Assembly (NCBI GenBank): GCA_001778595.1
Contig: MFHL01000005.1
Span: 1-38,078 of the forward strand
Direction of reading: 5' to 3'
Source of the DNA: Candidatus Giovannonibacteria bacterium RIFCSPHIGHO2_02_FULL_44_11
GTDB lineage: Bacteria > Patescibacteriota > Minisyncoccia > UBA11713 > 2-01-FULL-45-33
DNA length: 38,078 nt
Shown here piece after piece: positions 34,342 through 38,078 of the stretch. The position numbers and the translations under genes are program-made. The notes beneath the pieces are model-generated. The model did no database searches. It was not told the origin of the DNA and saw only the letters and a program-made list of their open reading frames with translations. Within the stretch, counting starts at the first letter, position 1, and each line of letters begins with the position of its first letter.

Positions 34342-35551
34342 GGCATTTTGGACAAAATGGCAACAACGGAAGTTCTTTGTATCTTTCCGCTTTCAAATCG
34401 CCCCAACCGGAAACTGAATTCTGTAATCTGCCGCAATGGTAACATTGACCAATGAAACTGGCGTTCAATTCTTGCAGTCTCAAACTTTCAAGTTCTAATG
34501 ACGGATTAAGTAACATCAGAATGACGGCCATACGGACGAATTTGCCGTTTCTTATCTGCTTCCAATACCAGGCCCTGTCATCGTCATCCAGACTTAAATC
34601 TCCGGCAGTATTTCTTGAAGGCAATTCATTGCCCCGTTCAAAACGCGGAAAAGCATGCATTACGCCGGCATAACCGAATTCGTCCGCCGTCCGCCTAGTT
34701 ATGGAGCAACTTTGGCCTGACCTTAAAATTTCTTCGGTTCGCTCTTTGCCAAGCCAATCTTCCGGAATCCTGGATATACTCGCCACACTTGCAGGCTGAA
34801 GATTGTAATGGATTGAAAACCTTACTCCGGCCGACTTTAATTCGTTTTGGAGAAGTTCGTCCGGTTCAAGCCCCGGCACACAGCAATATTTCAACTCCAT
34901 TCCCAGTGCCTTGCCCATCAAAAGCGAGTCAGATCTCACAACCCTGTTCCTGCAGTCATTTATGAAAGCCACGGAATATTGAGGTAGTCTTTTCCAGTCT
35001 TTTTCGATGTCAATTCCGAACCCTCCGAAAAAGGTATAAATGTTTGTTGCGGCCTGAGTCGGATGTTCGCCCTCGCCTTTTTCTCCGTCGGCGGAATTGA
35101 TTACGTGGCCGTTATATCCGCGCCTGTCAATTTCCCTGGCAATTTCTTCAGCCATGCCGACTTTGTGCGCGCGAATATTAATCAGATCAAAATACGCGGC
35201 GTACGTCATCATCTCATCCAAAAAAGCGGCGCCCTTGGAGTACAACGAAGTATAAGCAAGCTTGTATTCGCCGTCTACTTTGGTTCCAAGAATATTTTCC
35301 ACGAACATGCCGAGGCTCGCGGCGGCAGAGCTGCTGGAACTGCGCGTACGCGTAGAATCCTGAAAAAAAACATTGACCATTTGCTTCCCTGCGCAGGCGC
35401 GGAGAAGAAGTTCAGGGCCTTTAGGCTTCCTGATAAAATTCTTAATCTCAAGAGTTTTCCTCATCAGATTAATTAAACTGCTCACGGAGAAATCTCTTAC
35501 CGAAAGAAAATGATTGAGTTTTCCTAGCGCACGGTCCGGATTTGTTTCCAT
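34331..35551 (-). CDS. Aspartate/ornithine carbamoyltransferase-family protein (ATCase-like) with a fused C-terminal CxxC...CxxC zinc ribbon
   Basis: STRTR (nt 35342-35356), EHPTQ, MHAFPR (HPxP-type) and a RNGKFVRMAVI tail align with PyrB blocks. The last ~39 aa (CYHC...CPKC) resemble the PyrI zinc domain. SD gaggggg. Confidence 0.7.
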   Translation of the reverse strand: METNPDRALGKLNHFLSVRDFSVSSLINLMRKTLEIKNFIRKPKGPELLLRACAGKQMVNVFFQDSTRTRSSSSSAAASLGMFVENILGTKVDGEYKLAYTSLYSKGAAFLDEMMTYAAYFDLINIRAHKVGMAEEIAREIDRRGYNGHVINSADGEKGEGEHPTQAATNIYTFFGGFGIDIEKDWKRLPQYSVAFINDCRNRVVRSDSLLMGKALGMELKYCCVPGLEPDELLQNELKSAGVRFSIHYNLQPASVASISRIPEDWLGKERTEEILRSGQSCSITRRTADEFGYAGVMHAFPRFERGNELPSRNTAGDLSLDDDDRAWYWKQIRNGKFVRMAVILMLLNPSLELESLRLQELNASFIGQCYHCGRLQNSVSGWGDLKAERYKELPLLPFCPKCQKK

Positions 35552-35630
35552 TTTTCCCCCTCAAATTTAAAGTACTTAAACTAAAACACATTTAAGCACG
35601 CAAGTAAGCTCTTTGTCAACGAGCTTAATA

Positions 35631-36125
35631 TTAAATTTTGGTTGAGATAAAAATTACAAACACGGCTATGGCAAGTTGAGCCGGTATTCCCCGCTTCCAG
35701 CTTTCAATCTTTGTATCGGCATGTATCCACTGGTGGAATTTTTGGAGGCTTACAAGCGGTTCCCGGCGAAATTTAAAATACACAAACTGCAAAGCGTCAG
35801 GCGAAACACCCCCCACAGCCCCGCAAAGTACTATCAGCGACTGCGAAATTTCGTTTGAGCTGAATATCAACAAAGGGAGAAAAAGCGCGAGAAAAAAATC
35901 AAAACCGATATCCAAAAGGTCCAGAATAAAACTTCTGCCGAAAACAATGTCGTTGTTTAAAGGGTTTTGTTCGTCTTTTTTCATTGAACTAAGCGTATAA
36001 TCCCAGTGAGGAATGGCGTCAATGAAAAAATGTGAAATAAACCCCGCAAAAAAAGCGAGTATATAATGCTGGGGAAATAATTTCGCCGCCGCCGCCCCCA
36101 CTATAGCGTGAGTTGTTAAAGTCAT
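35631..36125 (-). CDS. YdjM-like membrane-bound metal-dependent hydrolase family protein
   Basis: THAIVGAAAA near the N-terminus and HFFIDAIPHWDY, with multiple TM helices. Start set to ATG 36125 (the track start is GTG 36161). Confidence 0.6.
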   Translation of the reverse strand: MTLTTHAIVGAAAAKLFPQHYILAFFAGFISHFFIDAIPHWDYTLSSMKKDEQNPLNNDIVFGRSFILDLLDIGFDFFLALFLPLLIFSSNEISQSLIVLCGAVGGVSPDALQFVYFKFRREPLVSLQKFHQWIHADTKIESWKRGIPAQLAIAVFVIFISTKI

Positions 36126-36147
36126 ATATATAGTATATATTATCTTT

Positions 36148-36561
36148 ATGCGTGAAAACACCGAAGAAAAAACACCGTACCAAAAATATCAGGAATCCGG
36201 CGGGATATTCAACGAGGGAGATTATGAAAATAGCCTCGAGAAAAGCTTCGTCATGCTGCCTCCCGAAAGAAGCTTAAACAAACAAGCCGAACTCCAAGCA
36301 CAAGAGATGGCCAACTTTGCCGGCCTTAATGGCCCTATCGACAGAGCCATCAGACTATATGGGATATTACGCACTGATACAAACCCCGATAAAAAAGAAT
36401 ATCATCATACAAAAATGTCCGACCAAAGCTTATTTGCCGAATCATTGAGAATGACAAACAACGCTTTATCGCTGAATAAGTTTATTGAGGCGTATCACAA
36501 ACCCGGAATTCATTGTCCGATTTGCCTAAAAGTGCCCACGTCAGGCGAAGAATGCCGTTAA
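36148..36561 (+). CDS. Hypothetical protein (137 aa)
   Basis: ATG ORF divergent from 36125. C-terminal CPIC. No motif recognised. Confidence 0.45.
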   Translation: MRENTEEKTPYQKYQESGGIFNEGDYENSLEKSFVMLPPERSLNKQAELQAQEMANFAGLNGPIDRAIRLYGILRTDTNPDKKEYHHTKMSDQSLFAESLRMTNNALSLNKFIEAYHKPGIHCPICLKVPTSGEECR

Positions 36562-36601
36562 TTCCCGCAGTATCGCAACATCGTATGTAAATACGGTGTT
36601 T

Positions 36602-37093
36602 TTATATTTTGCCGTTCAGCATGTCCTCCGCCCTGCCCGCCAATTTTACCAGAAAAGCTATGTCTTCCTTGGACATGGTGCGTGGTTGCGTGTCCTTTAT
36701 GCAAAAAACTCCTATGGGTTGTCCGCTTTCCTTTTCATGTATCGCAACACCTGCATAAAAGCGGACATACGGAGGCCCGATAACCATGGGGTTATCAGCG
36801 AACCTTTCGTCTTTTAATGTGTTTTCAACTATGAAAATATCAGCCGAAAACATGGCATGTCCGCAAAAAGAGATATCTCTTAACTCTGAAGAAGAGTGCG
36901 TGCCCTGACAGGACTTGTACCATTCTCTGTCTTCGTCTATTACCGTAATCGTAGAAATTGCAACATTAAAACGCTTGATGGCGGTATTTGTCAGCTCATC
37001 AAACCGCGCTTCTGGTGCCGTATTAAGAATCTTCAGTTTCCTTACGGCTTCGAGTCTTTTATTTTCATCCGCCGGTATCGGAGCTTTTAACAT
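36602..37093 (-). CDS. Stand-alone GAF-domain protein
   Basis: ENKRLEAVRKLKILNT.PE.RFDELT...R..SFCGHA...DERFADNP...PYVRFYAG follows the common free-standing GAF pattern. Confidence 0.8.
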   Translation of the reverse strand: MLKAPIPADENKRLEAVRKLKILNTAPEARFDELTNTAIKRFNVAISTITVIDEDREWYKSCQGTHSSSELRDISFCGHAMFSADIFIVENTLKDERFADNPMVIGPPYVRFYAGVAIHEKESGQPIGVFCIKDTQPRTMSKEDIAFLVKLAGRAEDMLNGKI

Positions 37094-37225
37094 TTATTAA
37101 GTATACATCAATAAAGCAAAAGCTGCAAAACAGCGCCGCTATTATCGGCGCAAGCTCTTCGTGCACAATACGTTGACCGGCACAATACGGCGTGCTAATT
37201 TATTAAACAGAAACAGTGCGGCAAA

Positions 37226-37378
37226 ATGCTTTTCACGTTCGGCGTTTTAATTACTTTGTTCGGGTCGCTCGCAATGACCCTTCATAAAATAGAATTCAAA
37301 CCCGTAGCGCCCGAAATAGTCTGCTGGACCATAACACTTGCCTTGTTCCTCATATTTGAAGTCTTATTGCACAAATAA
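37226..37378 (+). CDS. Candidate small two-TM membrane protein (50 aa), not in the ORF track
   Basis: atg...taa reads MLFTFGVLITLFGSLAMTLHKIEFKPVAPEIVCWTITLALFLIFEVLLHK. A terminator lies 20 nt downstream. No clear SD. Confidence 0.3.
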   Translation: MLFTFGVLITLFGSLAMTLHKIEFKPVAPEIVCWTITLALFLIFEVLLHK

Positions 37379-37398
37379 AAATTTCTGCATTTACTCAA

Positions 37399-37425
37399 CA
37401 AGCCCGACCGGGCTTTTTCTTTTTC
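37399..37425 (+). terminator. Rho-independent terminator
   Basis: agccc-gacc-gggct hairpin followed by tttttctttttc. Confidence 0.6.
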
Positions 37426-37673
37426 AAATGGGTGCACCCATGCGGGCACACGCCATTTTTCAAAACACAAAATCCCGGCATACTCCGGGATTTATATGTG
37501 AAAAATGGGTCAGGCACTGTCCGGTCTTATAACAGTGCTTGAGGATAAAGAGTATATGGTTACTTTACGCGAAAAAATGAATAATATCAAGAAAGTTGCC
37601 AAGTTTTACAACTACGACCTCCTCCTAGCTAAAAAGTAAAACGTTGTTGCCCCTTGTCTGCCCTTGGGGCGAG

Positions 37674-37700
37674 CCTGCCTGCCGGCAGGCAGGTTTGTAT
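37674..37700 (+). terminator. Perfect 20-nt GC-rich palindrome followed by a short T-tract (terminator-like)
   Basis: cctgcctgccggcaggcagg followed by tttgtat. Confidence 0.4.
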
Positions 37701-37792
37701 CCCGGATAGACCTTTGACACCCCTTGCGAACATAGCCCACCAGTTTGACGAAATTTGCAGAGCTTAGAACGATTTGCTTAACTTCGGAAAAG

Positions 37793-38078
37793 TTAAGCAA
37801 ATTTTATCTGAGCTTTCAATTTTTTATAGTACCGTTCTCGTTGCTTAAACTGCTTCTCCAAAAATGGAATCATTACATCACGATAATCAACGACTATTTT
37901 TTGTTCGCCAACATCTCTGAGTCGTCCCATATATTGGACTAGTTTACCTTCAAACGAAAAAGGGAATGCCAATATGAGGCAAGAAATATTGCGAATATCC
38001 AATCCTTCACCAAAAAACTGACCAGTAGAAAGAATAACCTGATAATGACCACCCTCAATCTGTTTCAATTTAGATTTT
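37793..38078 (-). CDS. C-terminal part of an SF2 (DEAD/DEAH, type III restriction Res-like) helicase; the gene continues beyond the window
   Basis: Helicase motif V-like STGQFFGEGLDI and motif VI-like QYMGRLR. The frame is open to the window edge, and the track's M is an internal TTG. Confidence 0.7.
   Translation of the reverse strand, partial: KSKLKQIEGGHYQVILSTGQFFGEGLDIRNISCLILAFPFSFEGKLVQYMGRLRDVGEQKIVVDYRDVMIPFLEKQFKQRERYYKKLKAQIKFA

Noticed and set aside
37282-37800. Track ORFs 37282-37470(-), 37338-37532(+) and 37612-37800(-)
   Set aside because: They overlap each other and run through terminator-like hairpins. Their translations are compositionally odd (Arg/Cys/Pro-rich) and they have no SD sequence. 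I judged them non-coding.
1-38078. CRISPR arrays, rRNA genes, transposases or integrases, and alternative genetic code (UGA recoding)
   Set aside because: There are no regularly spaced direct repeats and no rRNA-like segments. I recognised no DDE or tyrosine/serine recombinase motifs in any frame. Conserved genes (recG, ftsH, prkA) are uninterrupted under the standard code, and TGA is used as a genuine stop (e.g. 28710, 30054, 32158).

Overview
Gene-dense 38 kb bacterial window, readable with the standard code (TAA, TAG and TGA all act as stops). Several TTG/GTG starts in the ORF track resolve to a nearby ATG preceded by a Shine-Dalgarno sequence.

Backbone genes:
- CdaA-type diadenylate cyclase fused to a YbbR domain, RecG, a membrane GT2 glycosyltransferase
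- the prkA-yeaH-spoVR trio, FtsH, a beta-CASP/MBL RNase, dUTPase, a Cys/Met-family PLP enzyme
- HtrA, a glutaredoxin-like protein plus thioredoxin, an Mpg-type glycosylase, a HAD hydrolase
- a CAP-domain protein, a PduO-type adenosyltransferase, an ATCase-like protein, a YdjM-like hydrolase and a GAF protein

RNA genes: four complete tRNAs (Arg-GCG, Ile-UAU, Ala-GGC, Arg-CCU), one tRNA truncated at the left edge, and one odd tRNA-like 3' end. There are many short membrane or secreted hypothetical proteins.

The overall flavour suggests a reduced-genome Patescibacteria/CPR-like organism: small proteins, tRNAs mostly without encoded CCA, unusual anticodons, few biosynthetic genes. This is inference only. 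I recognised no rRNA, CRISPR array, transposase or integrase.

Hunt highlights:
1. The recG 3' terminus is repeated three to four times downstream. Each interval holds one small minus-strand ORF, which looks like a cassette or serial-integration hotspot.
2. A nucleotide-centred convergent cluster at 29.4-32.8 kb: ParB/Srx-like protein + P-loop kinase facing TMPK-like kinase -> divergent Fic -> SpoT-type HD hydrolase. This is the best candidate for an uncharacterised toxin, defence or signalling module.
3. A 37-bp inverted-repeat-bounded, AT-rich cassette beside the tRNAs at the left edge.
4. An orphan ATCase-like protein with a fused PyrI-like zinc ribbon.
5. Tight tRNA-mRNA punctuation and rare anticodons.

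All functional calls come from motif recognition by eye. No database search was run.
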